A DNA stretch of 64,000 bases. It comes from an uncultured virus (IMG/VR IMGVR_UViG_3300037466_002099) (taxonomy: Duplodnaviria > Heunggongvirae > Uroviricota > Caudoviricetes). The notes beneath the pieces were generated by a model, which made no database searches, was not told the DNA's origin, and saw only the letters and a program-made list of their open reading frames with translations. The stretch lies in the IMG/VR virus record IMGVR_UViG_3300037466_002099. One strand, written 5' to 3'. The position numbers and the translations under genes were made by a program. This document shows, piece after piece, positions 9,800 to 19,055 of the stretch; within the stretch, counting starts at the first letter, position 1; each line of letters opens with the position of its first letter.

Positions 9800-10389
9800 G
9801 CGGCATTATCGAGACTGTCGCCGAGGAGGCCGTCGCCACGGCCGCCAAGCCGATGTTGCCCTGGATGATCCTCGGCGGCTTGCTGCTGCTGGCGTCGCTG
9901 GTCGGCGGCGCTTTCTACAAGGGCTGGGAGATGCGCGGCGATCGCGATGCGGCGCTGCAGGCGAAGGCGGAGAAGGAATGGCAGTCCAAGGTCGACGCGG
10001 AGCGCGAGCGTGGCGAAAAGCTGGCGGCCGCGCTCGAGGTCGAGAAGCAGAACATCAAGACGGTCACCGTCGAGGTGGTTAAAGAGATCCCGAAATACAC
10101 CAAAGTCTATGTTGAAAGGCCCGGAGATGCGCCTAAACCTATTCCCCCTGCTGTTATCAATTGGGGTGCTGTCGGCCTGTACGACCGTGCCCTCCGACCC
10201 GACCTGCCCAGCACCGCCGGCGAGTTTGCTCGTCCGGCCGGAGCAACCGACCTTACTCGGTCCCCGGCTGATGTTGCGGATGTCCTCGGAGCTGACGCAG
10301 AAAACGCCGGCAGATACGCCGAGTGCCGCGCCCAGCTCAACGCGCTGATCGACTGGCACGAGCACAACAAATTGGAGCGCCGCCCGTAG
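9796..10389 (+). CDS. Rz: Inner-membrane spanin (Rz-like)
   Basis: N-terminal TM, periplasmic coiled coil, C-terminal Y.EC..QL.ALI.W; contains an embedded lipoprotein ORF. Confidence 0.8.
   Translation: MSGIIETVAEEAVATAAKPMLPWMILGGLLLLASLVGGAFYKGWEMRGDRDAALQAKAEKEWQSKVDAERERGEKLAAALEVEKQNIKTVTVEVVKEIPKYTKVYVERPGDAPKPIPPAVINWGAVGLYDRALRPDLPSTAGEFARPAGATDLTRSPADVADVLGADAENAGRYAECRAQLNALIDWHEHNKLERRP
10127..10348 (+). CDS. Rz1: Outer-membrane spanin lipoprotein (Rz1-like), embedded in the +1 frame
   Basis: MRLNLFPLLLSIGVLSAC lipobox, then Pro-rich CPAPPASLL.RP. Confidence 0.8.
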   Translation: MRLNLFPLLLSIGVLSACTTVPSDPTCPAPPASLLVRPEQPTLLGPRLMLRMSSELTQKTPADTPSAAPSSTR

Positions 10390-10399
10390 GCGGCCGCGT

Positions 10400-10630
10400 T
10401 CAGGCTTCGGCGCCGAGCAGCCGGCGTCGCTTGTCGAGCTCATTCTGACAGGTGACGCAACGGCAGGCGCCGAGTTCGCGGCGGACCGTCGGCATATCGT
10501 CGCCGCAATCCTCGCACTCCTTCGGCCCGTATCCGGCCTCGTCGGGCTTGAAGGTCTTCACCGCGCGCCGGCGGTTATTCATCTCCCACAGATGGGCTTC
10601 TAGCACCTGGGCCTGATCTTCTACTGACAT
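10400..10630 (-). CDS. TraR/DksA-type C4 zinc-finger protein
   Basis: CEDCG..MP..RR..G..RCVTCQ. Confidence 0.8.
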   Translation of the reverse strand: MSVEDQAQVLEAHLWEMNNRRRAVKTFKPDEAGYGPKECEDCGDDMPTVRRELGACRCVTCQNELDKRRRLLGAEA

Positions 10631-10821
10631 GCTGCCTCCGCCTCTACTGAGCGAGAAAGGGCCGAGCGCAAGCGAGAGACCCGCATTTGCATCATGGGCG
10701 CGACCGCATTGAAATACTCGCGCTGCTTCTCGACCTCGAGCAGTTCAATTTCTGCCTGATGCAATTGCATGGCGGCGACTTGTGCCGGGCTTAATTTTGT
10801 GAAAAGAAATTTCATAATCAT
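10621..10821 (-). CDS. Hypothetical protein
   Basis: ORF with AGGA RBS, downstream of an operator copy. Confidence 0.5.
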   Translation of the reverse strand: MIMKFLFTKLSPAQVAAMQLHQAEIELLEVEKQREYFNAVAPMMQMRVSRLRSALSRSVEAEAACQ

Positions 10822-10943
10822 CCTTCGTATTGTGATGTAACGACTTCAATTGCAGCGCTTCAATTATTAATCAAAAATGAGTAGTGCGCAAGCGGTCGGC
10901 CAAAATACAACGCCCGGGACTTGCCCGGGCGCTGCGTCGTCTA

Positions 10944-12254
10944 TCAGGCGATTTTCATCAGCGGCTCGCCATATGCCGGCGGCGTGCCGCCGCTGAGAAC
11001 GATTCCCAGGCAGGACGACCAGCGGTCCATCGCCTCGCGCATCTGCGCGATGTAGGAGGCGCGGTCGTAGTGCCGGCTGCCGGTGTCGTGCTTGGCGTGC
11101 TGCTGGATGAGGTCGCGCGTGAAGCGGTCGATGCCGACTTCGCCGGTGCGGGACTTCCATGTCCGCCGCAGGTCGCGCGTCTGGAATGCCTCGACCTTGG
11201 CGTCGTCTCGCGTGACCCAGGCCCGGATGGCGTGAGAGATCGTCCGGTGGTCCATGCGCTCGTTCTTTCGACCGGGCCGTCCGGGAAAGAGCGGGCCGTC
11301 GCCGTAGAGCTCGACCAGCTCCTTGAGCGTGGGGATGACGATCGCCGGCAGCGGTATCGTGTGCGGCCGCTTGCCGCCCTTGGTTTTCTCCGCCGGCATC
11401 TTCCATAGCCGGTCCTCAAAGTCGAGCTCGCGGCCTTCCAGGCGCAGGGTCTCTTCGACGCGCTGGCCGCAGCCGATCAGGACGCGGATGCAGGCGCCGA
11501 CGCCGTGGGTGAACTCGGGCTCCTCGCCGAGCGTCGCTTCCCATAGAAGTTTGATCTCGGGGAAGGGGAGGTTGCGGTCGCGCTCTTTGGTCGCGCCGGA
11601 GTCCTTTTTGAGGACGGCGGCCGGGTTCGAGGTGATGCCCCACTGCTGCCGGTGATGGACGGTGTAGTCGTGGGCGGATTGGATGCCCCATGCGTAGGCC
11701 GAGGCGATGTAGCTGCGCGCTTTGTCGGCCAGCCCGCGCCTGTCGCGCTTGTAGTAGCTGGACACGTACTCGATGACATCCTCCGGGGTGACCTCGGCTG
11801 CCGGCCGGTCGCGGCAGAGGGCATCGGCGGCGGCGTAGCGCTTGGACGTGAGCAGCGTGCGCTCGACCTCTTTGACGCTGACCTTGCCCTCGCCGCGCAT
11901 CCAGGCGACGTAGCCCTTGAACAGCGCCTCTACCGTGTTGGTCGGCTTCTCCTTGGGCTGGCGCTGGGCGGCGCGCGTGGCTGCCTTCTCGGCGGCCGGG
12001 TCTTTGCCCTCGGCGATCTCGGCGAACTTCTTCCGCGCGAGGTCGCGGGCGCGGTCCGGCGGCATGTCGCTGCAGCGGGCCAGCGTCAGCTTGCGCTGGA
12101 CGCCTTCGGCGTTGCGGTAGCGGATGACGTAGGTGCGGCGGCCGGTCGCCATGACGCGGACGCCGAAGCTTTCCAGCTCCGTGTCCCATATCGAGAGGTC
12201 GCCTTTGGCCGGCGGTTGGAGAGCGTCAATGATCGTTTTGGTTAGCTTCGGCAT
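10944..12254 (-). CDS. int: Tyrosine integrase with N-terminal arm-binding domain
   Basis: WDTEL..FGVRV..TG.RTY...YR arm domain; GQRVEE (Arg), TKG (Lys), RDLRRT, QH and HYD (Tyr). Confidence 0.92.
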   Translation of the reverse strand: MPKLTKTIIDALQPPAKGDLSIWDTELESFGVRVMATGRRTYVIRYRNAEGVQRKLTLARCSDMPPDRARDLARKKFAEIAEGKDPAAEKAATRAAQRQPKEKPTNTVEALFKGYVAWMRGEGKVSVKEVERTLLTSKRYAAADALCRDRPAAEVTPEDVIEYVSSYYKRDRRGLADKARSYIASAYAWGIQSAHDYTVHHRQQWGITSNPAAVLKKDSGATKERDRNLPFPEIKLLWEATLGEEPEFTHGVGACIRVLIGCGQRVEETLRLEGRELDFEDRLWKMPAEKTKGGKRPHTIPLPAIVIPTLKELVELYGDGPLFPGRPGRKNERMDHRTISHAIRAWVTRDDAKVEAFQTRDLRRTWKSRTGEVGIDRFTRDLIQQHAKHDTGSRHYDRASYIAQMREAMDRWSSCLGIVLSGGTPPAYGEPLMKIA

Positions 12255-12282
12255 AGTCTGGTGCTTTCAAATTCCGCCGATT

Positions 12283-12576
12283 CTCGGGCGCAGCTCGGGC
12301 GCACCACGGCGTGATGGAGCGTGATTATGGGTGAAGGCTGCTGACCTGTTGAGCCAGCTAAGCCGTTGAAATCGTGATGGATCGTGATGGCCCGTGAAAA
12401 CCCGTGACCCCTGGAAAAGTGACTACGGATCTGGGGGTTCCGAGTTCGAATCTTGGCGGGCGCGCCATTTTCCTCCGTAAAAAGCTGTTGGCCTCCAACA
12501 GCTTGCGAGACTCAGGCCACCTTGTCAATGCAGGGTGGCCTGTTGTCGTTATGGGCCTCGGGCGCTCCTCGGGCGC
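12283..12576. other. attP region: arm-type repeats flanking a tRNA-derived core
   Basis: CTCGGGCGC pairs at 12283/12294 and 12557/12568; 10-nt-periodic CGTGA repeats at 12310-12407; IHF-like site near 12359. Confidence 0.75.
12421..12467 (+). pseudogene. 3' half of tRNA-Arg(ACG), the attP core
   Basis: GA-CTACGGA-TCTGG-GGGTT-CCGAG-TTCGAAT-CTTGG-CGGGCGC-G-CCA; D-arm and 5' acceptor strand absent. Confidence 0.85.
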
Positions 12577-12621
12577 AAGATTTGACGGGACGTGCCGTGA
12601 CGTTCGGTGAGCATGCGGGGA

Positions 12622-12963
12622 TCATTCGGCGGCTGCCGCCTCTTCCCGGCGCTTCGCCTTAAAAGCGAGCATCCATTCGATTGCGTCATCCGGGCTGCCG
12701 AGCTTGCCGTTCACGCGCCGGCGGAAGTTCATCGCGCCGGCCTGCTTCCATGTGATCTCGACCGCGCCGGCGGCGATCGCCAGCGCCTTCTTGCTGAGAG
12801 CAATATCGTAGTGGCTGTCGTGCCGGGGCGGCGCTTGATGCCATCGCCGGGCGACGCCGATCTTGGCCGCCATGGCATGCAGCTCCTCGTCGGAGTCGGC
12901 CAGCATGTGGCACATCTTCATCCGGCCATACGGGGCGCACATATCGTCGACGTAGACCGCCAT
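12622..12963 (-). CDS. DUF4031-like protein
   Basis: MAVYVDD....G....CHM.AD..EELH.MA.KIG..RRW.Q...HYDI. Confidence 0.75.
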   Translation of the reverse strand: MAVYVDDMCAPYGRMKMCHMLADSDEELHAMAAKIGVARRWHQAPPRHDSHYDIALSKKALAIAAGAVEITWKQAGAMNFRRRVNGKLGSPDDAIEWMLAFKAKRREEAAAAE

Positions 12964-13505
12964 CACAGGTCTCCGACGCCCGGTACATGTTTCGTGCATC
13001 CTTCGCGGAGACCGGCCGGCTGTGCTGCCCATTCACGGTCGCTCATCTGCCGCGTGCCAGTGCTGCCGAAACCGCCGGCGCCGCGAGCAGTGTCCGTCAG
13101 CTCCTCGACCTCGACGAGCTCGACGGCCGGGACCGGGATGAGCATAGCTTGGGCGATGCGGTCGCCGGGCCGGATCGTTACGAACTCCTCGCCGTCATTG
13201 TGCAGCTTGACCTGCACCTCGCCTCGATAGTCGCTGTCGATGACGCCGACGCAGTTCGCTAGCCGGATGCCATGCTTGAAGCCGTGGCCGCTGCGACTGA
13301 ATATCAGCATGACCCAGCCCGGCGGCACTTCAACTGCTAAGCCGGTCCTGATCGGCAGGAAAGCGTGGCCTGATTCCGGCTCAATGGTGAATTCGCCATG
13401 ATCGAGCACAGCATGCAGATCGAAGCAAGCCGCGCCGGCGGACTGGTAGGCCGGCACGATGGCGTCCGGATGAAGTTTCTTGATCTTGAGTTGCAATGTA
13501 CTCAC
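12963..13505 (-). CDS. dut: Trimeric dUTPase
   Basis: Motifs ACFDL, SRSG, GVIDSDYRGE, DRIAQ and RG.GGFGSTG; GTG start. Confidence 0.92.
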   Translation of the reverse strand: MSTLQLKIKKLHPDAIVPAYQSAGAACFDLHAVLDHGEFTIEPESGHAFLPIRTGLAVEVPPGWVMLIFSRSGHGFKHGIRLANCVGVIDSDYRGEVQVKLHNDGEEFVTIRPGDRIAQAMLIPVPAVELVEVEELTDTARGAGGFGSTGTRQMSDREWAAQPAGLREGCTKHVPGVGDL

Positions 13506-13726
13506 GGGTTCTCCCTGTGGTTGAAAAACTGGTCCTCGAGCTCCTTGTTCCGCTTCGGCATCGGTGCCCATGCGATGAAGGCTTCGCCATAGGCGCCGTA
13601 CCAATTGCCGTGCACGGCGATACGGCCGACGGTGAGGAGCTGCACCTTGGCGCCTCGGTTGGGTGCGACCTCATAGCGCCATTCGAGCTCGGTGCCGGCA
13701 CCGGTGATGTGGGTGGGTTCGGTCAT
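13502..13726 (-). CDS. Hypothetical protein
   Basis: Translationally coupled in the operon. Confidence 0.55.
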   Translation of the reverse strand: MTEPTHITGAGTELEWRYEVAPNRGAKVQLLTVGRIAVHGNWYGAYGEAFIAWAPMPKRNKELEDQFFNHRENP

Positions 13727-13727
13727 A

Positions 13728-14840
13728 TTAAATAACGACGGTGACCCGCTCTGCGGCGCGGGTTATGCCGGTGTATGCATGCCGGTCCGCATGCTCGCGG
13801 AAGACGGCGGACTCGTCGAACAGGGTCACGTTGTCAAACTGGGAACCTTGGGCCTTGTGGACCGTGATCGCCTCTCCAAAGTCGAACTCGTCGAGCGCCT
13901 TGCGCACGCGCCAGTCGATCGTCTTCTCCTCGCCACGGAAGAACTCGCGCCGGGTCGAGACCTCCACGGGTATCTGCATCTTCGGGTCATCGAGCGACTT
14001 CACGTCCATCTTGATCGACGGGAGCCGTATGCTCGGCTGGCCGTCCACGCGCCATAGGCTGCCGTTGAGCAGTCCCTTGAGCCGATTGTTCTTCAGGCAC
14101 ACCAGCCGGTCGCCGGGCTCCGGCATGTCGGTCTGGAAGCCCTTCAGCGCCCGGATCCGCGCGTTGAAGCTGCGCCGCGTCTTGTTCATGCCGACGAGCA
14201 CCTGATCCGAGGCGAGCACGATTTCCCGCAGTTCCTCCGCCGACAGATCGGCGCGGGTGACGACGTGGCTATCGCCATAGGTGCCGAGCTGCAGGCCGCG
14301 CCCTTCGCGGATGTCCATCGACATGCGGATGATCGGGTTATCGGCCGCCTGCCGGTGAATTTCGGTCAGCAGCACGTCCGGATTCTGCGCGGTGAAATAG
14401 CCTTCGCCATTGACGGGTGGGAGCTGGAACGGGTCGCCCAGCACGAGAATCTTGCAGCCGAACGACTCGAGGTCGCGGCCGAGATCCGGGCCGACCATCG
14501 ACACCTCGTCGACGATCAGCAGGCGCGCCGTGAGAAGCGGGCTGTCCGGGTTGAGAACGTAGGTCACCTCGCCGGTTTCCTCGTTCTCGACCGGCTTGTA
14601 GCAGAGGCTATGCAGCGTGCTCGCGTTCTCGCAGCCTTTGCCGCGCAGCACGAGACTGGCCTTGCCAGTGAAGGCACCGAACAGCACCTCGCCGTCGATC
14701 GCCTCGGCGATTTCCTTCGCCAGCGTCGTCTTGCCGGTGCCGGCGTAGCCGAAAAGCCGGAATACCTGCTTGCTCTTCCTATCCTTGCGCCATGCCGAGA
14801 CGGCTTTCAGCGCGGCGGCCTGCTGAGCTGACCATTCCAT
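13728..14840 (-). CDS. RecD/Dda-like SF1B helicase
   Basis: GYAGTGKTT, AFTGKA, VDEVSMV, GDPFQLPPV, HRQ, TVHKAQGS and YTGITRA. Confidence 0.9.
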   Translation of the reverse strand: MEWSAQQAAALKAVSAWRKDRKSKQVFRLFGYAGTGKTTLAKEIAEAIDGEVLFGAFTGKASLVLRGKGCENASTLHSLCYKPVENEETGEVTYVLNPDSPLLTARLLIVDEVSMVGPDLGRDLESFGCKILVLGDPFQLPPVNGEGYFTAQNPDVLLTEIHRQAADNPIIRMSMDIREGRGLQLGTYGDSHVVTRADLSAEELREIVLASDQVLVGMNKTRRSFNARIRALKGFQTDMPEPGDRLVCLKNNRLKGLLNGSLWRVDGQPSIRLPSIKMDVKSLDDPKMQIPVEVSTRREFFRGEEKTIDWRVRKALDEFDFGEAITVHKAQGSQFDNVTLFDESAVFREHADRHAYTGITRAAERVTVVI

Positions 14841-14894
14841 AAATGTACTTGTCCCTGAATCAGTAGCGGCGGGCCTTTCGACCCGCCGCTGCAA

Positions 14895-15098
14895 CTATTT
14901 CTTGTATTCGCCAGTGTGGCCGACGGTTCTTTTTTCTTCCCAGGCTACTAAATCTTCGACTGGATATAGGATCCGCCCACCTACCCGCGTGAACCTCGGT
15001 CCGTGCCCGCTCCATCTCCAATTGGCAAGCGTCCGGACCGAAATTCGCCCCTCGTATCGCAGTGCGAGCTCGTTGGGGCTAAGGTACTTCTTGGTCAA
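14895..15098 (-). CDS. Excisionase/AlpA-like HTH protein
   Basis: YLSP.ELA.R....S..TLANWR..G.GP.F.RVG.RILY..EDL..W. Confidence 0.8.
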   Translation of the reverse strand: MTKKYLSPNELALRYEGRISVRTLANWRWSGHGPRFTRVGGRILYPVEDLVAWEEKRTVGHTGEYKK

Positions 15099-16165
15099 AA
15101 CACGTCTTCCCCTTGCTGGCCGTTTTCTTCATCCTGCTGGGGGGCTTCCTCCGGCGGCGGCGGGTTATTGTCCTCTTCCGCTTTCTGCGCTACAGGGGCT
15201 TTATCCCTCAACTCCTGCGCGGGTTCTTTCGCCGCCTTGCCCTTTGATTCCGTGGCGTTGCTCTTTGGCGCTGCCTTGGGTGCCGGGGCCGGTGCCGCTG
15301 CCTGTTTCGCTTTCTCCGCGAGCGCTTTCACGCCGCTTTCCTGCTCGCTGGGCGGCTCCTCGACGCTGAAGTATTCGGACGGCTTCGCGCCTTCCTTGAT
15401 CGCGTTGAAGATTCCCAGCAGGTCGGCGAGCTCATCGATCGTGGTGTCGTCGATCGCATGGCCGAGATGCTTGGTCAGCAGGTTGGTGTTGACGCCGAAT
15501 CTGGCGAAGGCATTGGTCATCGCAACGATCCGGTCGCGCAACGGCTTTTCGCCGCCGCCGGCAAGGGTGAGCTTCGCGCGCTCCTGGCCGGCGGCGATCA
15601 AGTCTTTCGGCAGCAGGGCGAGAATGCGGCCGCGCATCTGCTTGCTGGCGACGTTCGCGATCTTGTTGTCGATGTCGGTCTGGTCGCGCAGCACCTTGGG
15701 GCCGTTCTTGGTGTCGACGACATGCAGCACCGTTATCTGGCGCTTCGAATAGTTGTTGTTCTGCATGTCCCAGGCATAGACCTCGACCTCCGAGCGGCCG
15801 GGCGTGCTGCCGTTGCCCTCGATGCGCGACAGCTCGCGGTGGCCGTACTGGAAGTTGCCATAGCAGCGGGCCGCTTCCTCCGCGAAGCGGATCGACGGGC
15901 CGCTGCCACGGTTAGGCACCGCGTAGAAGGCCGTCTGCGCGAATTCCGGCGATGCGCAGGTATCCAGAAACTCGGTCATGTAGTTTGCACGGCTGCGCGG
16001 GAAGCGCTTGGCGAGGGTCAACTGCCCCTGCGCCTCGGCGATCGCGCGCTCGGTCTCGATCGCCACGGCGCCGGCGTTGATGGACGCCGACGGCAGCAGG
16101 TTGCGGTTGAAGGGGCTGGCGAGCTGGCCGCCCTGCGGCTGCTCGGTGTGCATCAGGTCATTCAT
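15095..16165 (-). CDS. Putative ssDNA-annealing/recombination protein
   Basis: AKRFPR and GPSIRFAE motifs with an acidic tail; in an operon with a RecE-like nuclease; function inferred. Confidence 0.55.
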   Translation of the reverse strand: MNDLMHTEQPQGGQLASPFNRNLLPSASINAGAVAIETERAIAEAQGQLTLAKRFPRSRANYMTEFLDTCASPEFAQTAFYAVPNRGSGPSIRFAEEAARCYGNFQYGHRELSRIEGNGSTPGRSEVEVYAWDMQNNNYSKRQITVLHVVDTKNGPKVLRDQTDIDNKIANVASKQMRGRILALLPKDLIAAGQERAKLTLAGGGEKPLRDRIVAMTNAFARFGVNTNLLTKHLGHAIDDTTIDELADLLGIFNAIKEGAKPSEYFSVEEPPSEQESGVKALAEKAKQAAAPAPAPKAAPKSNATESKGKAAKEPAQELRDKAPVAQKAEEDNNPPPPEEAPQQDEENGQQGEDVF

Positions 16166-16180
16166 AAATGTGCTCCTGGC

Positions 16181-16756
16181 TTAGTTAGGGAGGATGATGC
16201 TGGACGCGGGCTGCTCAGCGGCCGCCTGCTCGGCCTGCTGGCGGCGGTAGGCGACGATCTGCTCGGTGAGCTGCGAGATGTAGTTGATGTAGGTCTCCAC
16301 CTCGCCCATGACGGTGATCACAGCAGCGACCAGCCGCCCATCGGGCGCATTGATCGTCATGATGTTGCAGAGCTGCGCATTGGCAGCCATCGACGACACC
16401 ACGGTCTCGATCGGCGTATCCATGATGTCCACGCCATCGCCCGGCTCTTGCGGCTTGGCCTGCTCGGTGTGGCTGGTGAGAGTCGCCTCCATCCAATTCT
16501 TCGGGACGGGCGTGAAGCTGATCAGGCGGGCATGCGGGGCGATTTCGTCCCAGTCCATGTTGTTTTTTGCCCAGTCCTCGACTGCGTAGTCGTCGGAGGC
16601 AAACAGCTCCTCCGAGTCCTTCACGGCGTCGGCCAGCGTCGGGAATTCCTCGGGCTGGCTGCCGTGGTAATAGGCGGCGCGGTGGTTGACGATGGTGGAG
16701 GCCGGGACTTCGTAGACATGGCCGGTGAGGAAAGCAACGTGGATGAAGGGTTTCAT
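16181..16756 (-). CDS. Hypothetical protein
   Basis: AAGGAG RBS before MKPFIH. Confidence 0.65.
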   Translation of the reverse strand: MKPFIHVAFLTGHVYEVPASTIVNHRAAYYHGSQPEEFPTLADAVKDSEELFASDDYAVEDWAKNNMDWDEIAPHARLISFTPVPKNWMEATLTSHTEQAKPQEPGDGVDIMDTPIETVVSSMAANAQLCNIMTINAPDGRLVAAVITVMGEVETYINYISQLTEQIVAYRRQQAEQAAAEQPASSIILPN

Positions 16757-16821
16757 GATTCTCCTTGGGAAAACTTGATTATATTTGATAAGGTTGCGTG
16801 CTGCTCTTTGGTAAAAACTAT

Positions 16822-18099
16822 CTAGTCTTTCGACTTGATAGAAAATTCCTCGTCGGCGACTTTGGTAACGAAAAGCTGCAATCCGCTCTCCTGTGCGCGC
16901 TGGCGGAATGCGTCGAGGCTGGCTGAGTCCAGACATTCGATGCGGTCGACGCAGATGACGCCAAGGTCACCGGCGCGCAGCTTGGCGATCTCGACCGCGA
17001 TCTCGACTTGCTGCGCGGTGTTGAGGCGGTCGAACGGCACGCCGTCGCGGAAGATTTCGCCGTCCTGCACCGACAGGCCGGGAATGGGCAGGCTCGCCAG
17101 CAGCTCGGACTTGTAAGCCTCGAGGTCGGCGAGCGCCTTGGTCTGCTTCTGCGCGTCGGAAGACAGCGTTTCGAGCTCGCCTTCCATCTGCTTGATCACT
17201 TCCTTGGTCTGCTCGCGCTTGGCGGCCGCGTCGCGGTTGGACCGGATCACGTTGAGCTGGGTGAGCACGGGCGCACGTTCGTCCATGTGCTTCTGCAGCG
17301 TCTTCTCGCGCTGGGTGGCGGCCTTGCGCTCGATGTCGGCATAGGCGGCATTGAGCTCGTCGATCTGCTTGCGCAGTGCCTCGATCTTGTCGCCGGTGTC
17401 CTTGCGGATGCCGTCCAGCTTGGTCTGGATACGGGTCAGCTCCGCGTCCCTGGTATTGGTGAGCGCGTCCAGCTTCGCCTGCAGCTCGTCCTCGCCGCCC
17501 TGCACGCCGCCCGGCGCCGCCGGCATCGCCTGCCGGAGTTGCTTGATCGTCCCTTCCTTCTCCTTTACTGCCCGGTTAGTGCCGGTGCGGATGTCGTAGA
17601 CCTGCTTGTAGACGGTATCGATGATGTGCAGCGCGTGGATGCCTTCCTGCGCTTCGACCGGGAAACCGGACAGCTCGGTCAGGTGCTCGGCATCGGCTTC
17701 GATCGGCATCGATTCCAGCAGCACGCGCACGCGGTCCTTCTTGGGCGCGAGCAGGAATTCGACCGGGTTGACCGACAGCATATCGGTGAGCGCTTTCACC
17801 ACTTCGGCCGGGCGCGCAACCTTCTTGCCGTCGCGGAGCACGTCGGTGGTGGATGTGCTCTGGCTGACGCGGCGCTTGATCTCCATGCCGTCGTCGAGCA
17901 CGAAAACGATTTCGCCCTTCTCGGCGCCGTTGCGCAGCAGGGTCGCGTCGTGGCCGCCCTTGGCGACGGACTTGATCGCCTCGAGCACGGATGTCTTGCC
18001 GGTGCCGTTCTTGCCGGCGATTTCGGTGAAGCCGCCGGGCGAGAATTCGAGCTCTTCGATGCCGAGAATATTACTGATCCGGATGTGAGAGATTTGCAT
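16822..18099 (-). CDS. SbcC/Rad50-like AAA ATPase
   Basis: GKNGTGKTS Walker A, long coiled coil, LNTAQQ signature-like motif and CVDRIE Walker B. Confidence 0.85.
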   Translation of the reverse strand: MQISHIRISNILGIEELEFSPGGFTEIAGKNGTGKTSVLEAIKSVAKGGHDATLLRNGAEKGEIVFVLDDGMEIKRRVSQSTSTTDVLRDGKKVARPAEVVKALTDMLSVNPVEFLLAPKKDRVRVLLESMPIEADAEHLTELSGFPVEAQEGIHALHIIDTVYKQVYDIRTGTNRAVKEKEGTIKQLRQAMPAAPGGVQGGEDELQAKLDALTNTRDAELTRIQTKLDGIRKDTGDKIEALRKQIDELNAAYADIERKAATQREKTLQKHMDERAPVLTQLNVIRSNRDAAAKREQTKEVIKQMEGELETLSSDAQKQTKALADLEAYKSELLASLPIPGLSVQDGEIFRDGVPFDRLNTAQQVEIAVEIAKLRAGDLGVICVDRIECLDSASLDAFRQRAQESGLQLFVTKVADEEFSIKSKD

Positions 18100-18108
18100 A
18101 TGTTTCCC

Positions 18109-18186
18109 CTAGAGATATAAAACAGAAAGAATTGCCGCCATGCCGACGGCGAAAATGAGAGCGTCGCGGAGGTTCCTCCAAGTCAT
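18109..18186 (-). CDS. Small hydrophobic peptide (25 aa, not in the ORF track)
   Basis: MTWRNLRDALIFAVGMAAILSVLYL; ATGA overlap with the HNH gene stop. Confidence 0.45.
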   Translation of the reverse strand: MTWRNLRDALIFAVGMAAILSVLYL

Positions 18187-19055
18187 CGTGCAAGTCCTAC
18201 GTAATGCGGCATGTCGGGCCAGTGGCGATTGCTTTTTCTGATGTTTTCAGCGCCGAGCATGACTTGCATGTTCGATTCACAGTGGAGCCCTTGCACGACG
18301 TTGATCAGCGGCCCTACAAAGGATCGAGCCGGAGAAAAATTCCCAGAAAGGCTCTGTAATCGCGGCCCTTTTAGTGGAACGATATGGTCAACGTGATGCC
18401 ACTCGCCGATGAGCATGCCGAGCAAATCAGCAGACCGATAATGTTCAGCGATTTTCTTGGTATCTGCCCAAGGCGGCGTTGCTCCACGCTTTATTGCCTT
18501 GCGACGCGCGTTTCTGGCGTTATGCAGGCCGCGATTTGCCTTCATGTGCGCACGGCGATATTCGCGAAGCGCTTCGCTGTTTTTTGCAGCGTAATCTCGC
18601 TGGTACGCCAGCTTTTTTTCCTTATTGTTATCGTAATAGGTTAAGCTGTAATCGATCGCATAAGCACGATTGGCCGCATACCATGCTCTATTTTTAGCGT
18701 TATATTCTTCCTTGTTGAGTTGATGATTTATCTTACGTCGAGTAGCAATTTTATCCGCTGCCGATGATCTGTATTGCCGATTGCGTAGAGAGCTGCAGGC
18801 TTTGCAATCCGGTCGAACTCCGAATTGGCAACCGGGTTGCGGCAAGAAGTCCTTCAGCGGTTTTTTCTTTCCGCACTTCGAGCAACATTTTTCTCCGTCG
18901 GTGACGACGACGTGCTTATCCATGATTCTGCTCTTCACGCATGCACGACATTTTGAACGTCGTCCGTGCTTGCCGGCTGGGTGTGGAGAAAAAGACGTTA
19001 AAGGCATTTCCTGCTTGCAGCTTGTGCAAACCCTGGTGGATGTCGTCCCACTCAT
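18183..19055 (-). CDS. HNH homing-type endonuclease with two Zn-finger repeats
   Basis: Two CxxC...CxxC repeats; HVDHIVPL...GLH...N.......N..KSN; visibly AT-richer than its flanks. Confidence 0.85.
   Translation of the reverse strand: MSGTTSTRVCTSCKQEMPLTSFSPHPAGKHGRRSKCRACVKSRIMDKHVVVTDGEKCCSKCGKKKPLKDFLPQPGCQFGVRPDCKACSSLRNRQYRSSAADKIATRRKINHQLNKEEYNAKNRAWYAANRAYAIDYSLTYYDNNKEKKLAYQRDYAAKNSEALREYRRAHMKANRGLHNARNARRKAIKRGATPPWADTKKIAEHYRSADLLGMLIGEWHHVDHIVPLKGPRLQSLSGNFSPARSFVGPLINVVQGLHCESNMQVMLGAENIRKSNRHWPDMPHYVGLAR

Noticed and set aside
12421..12467. Functional tRNA-Arg gene
   Set aside because: No D-arm or 5' acceptor strand; it is an att core
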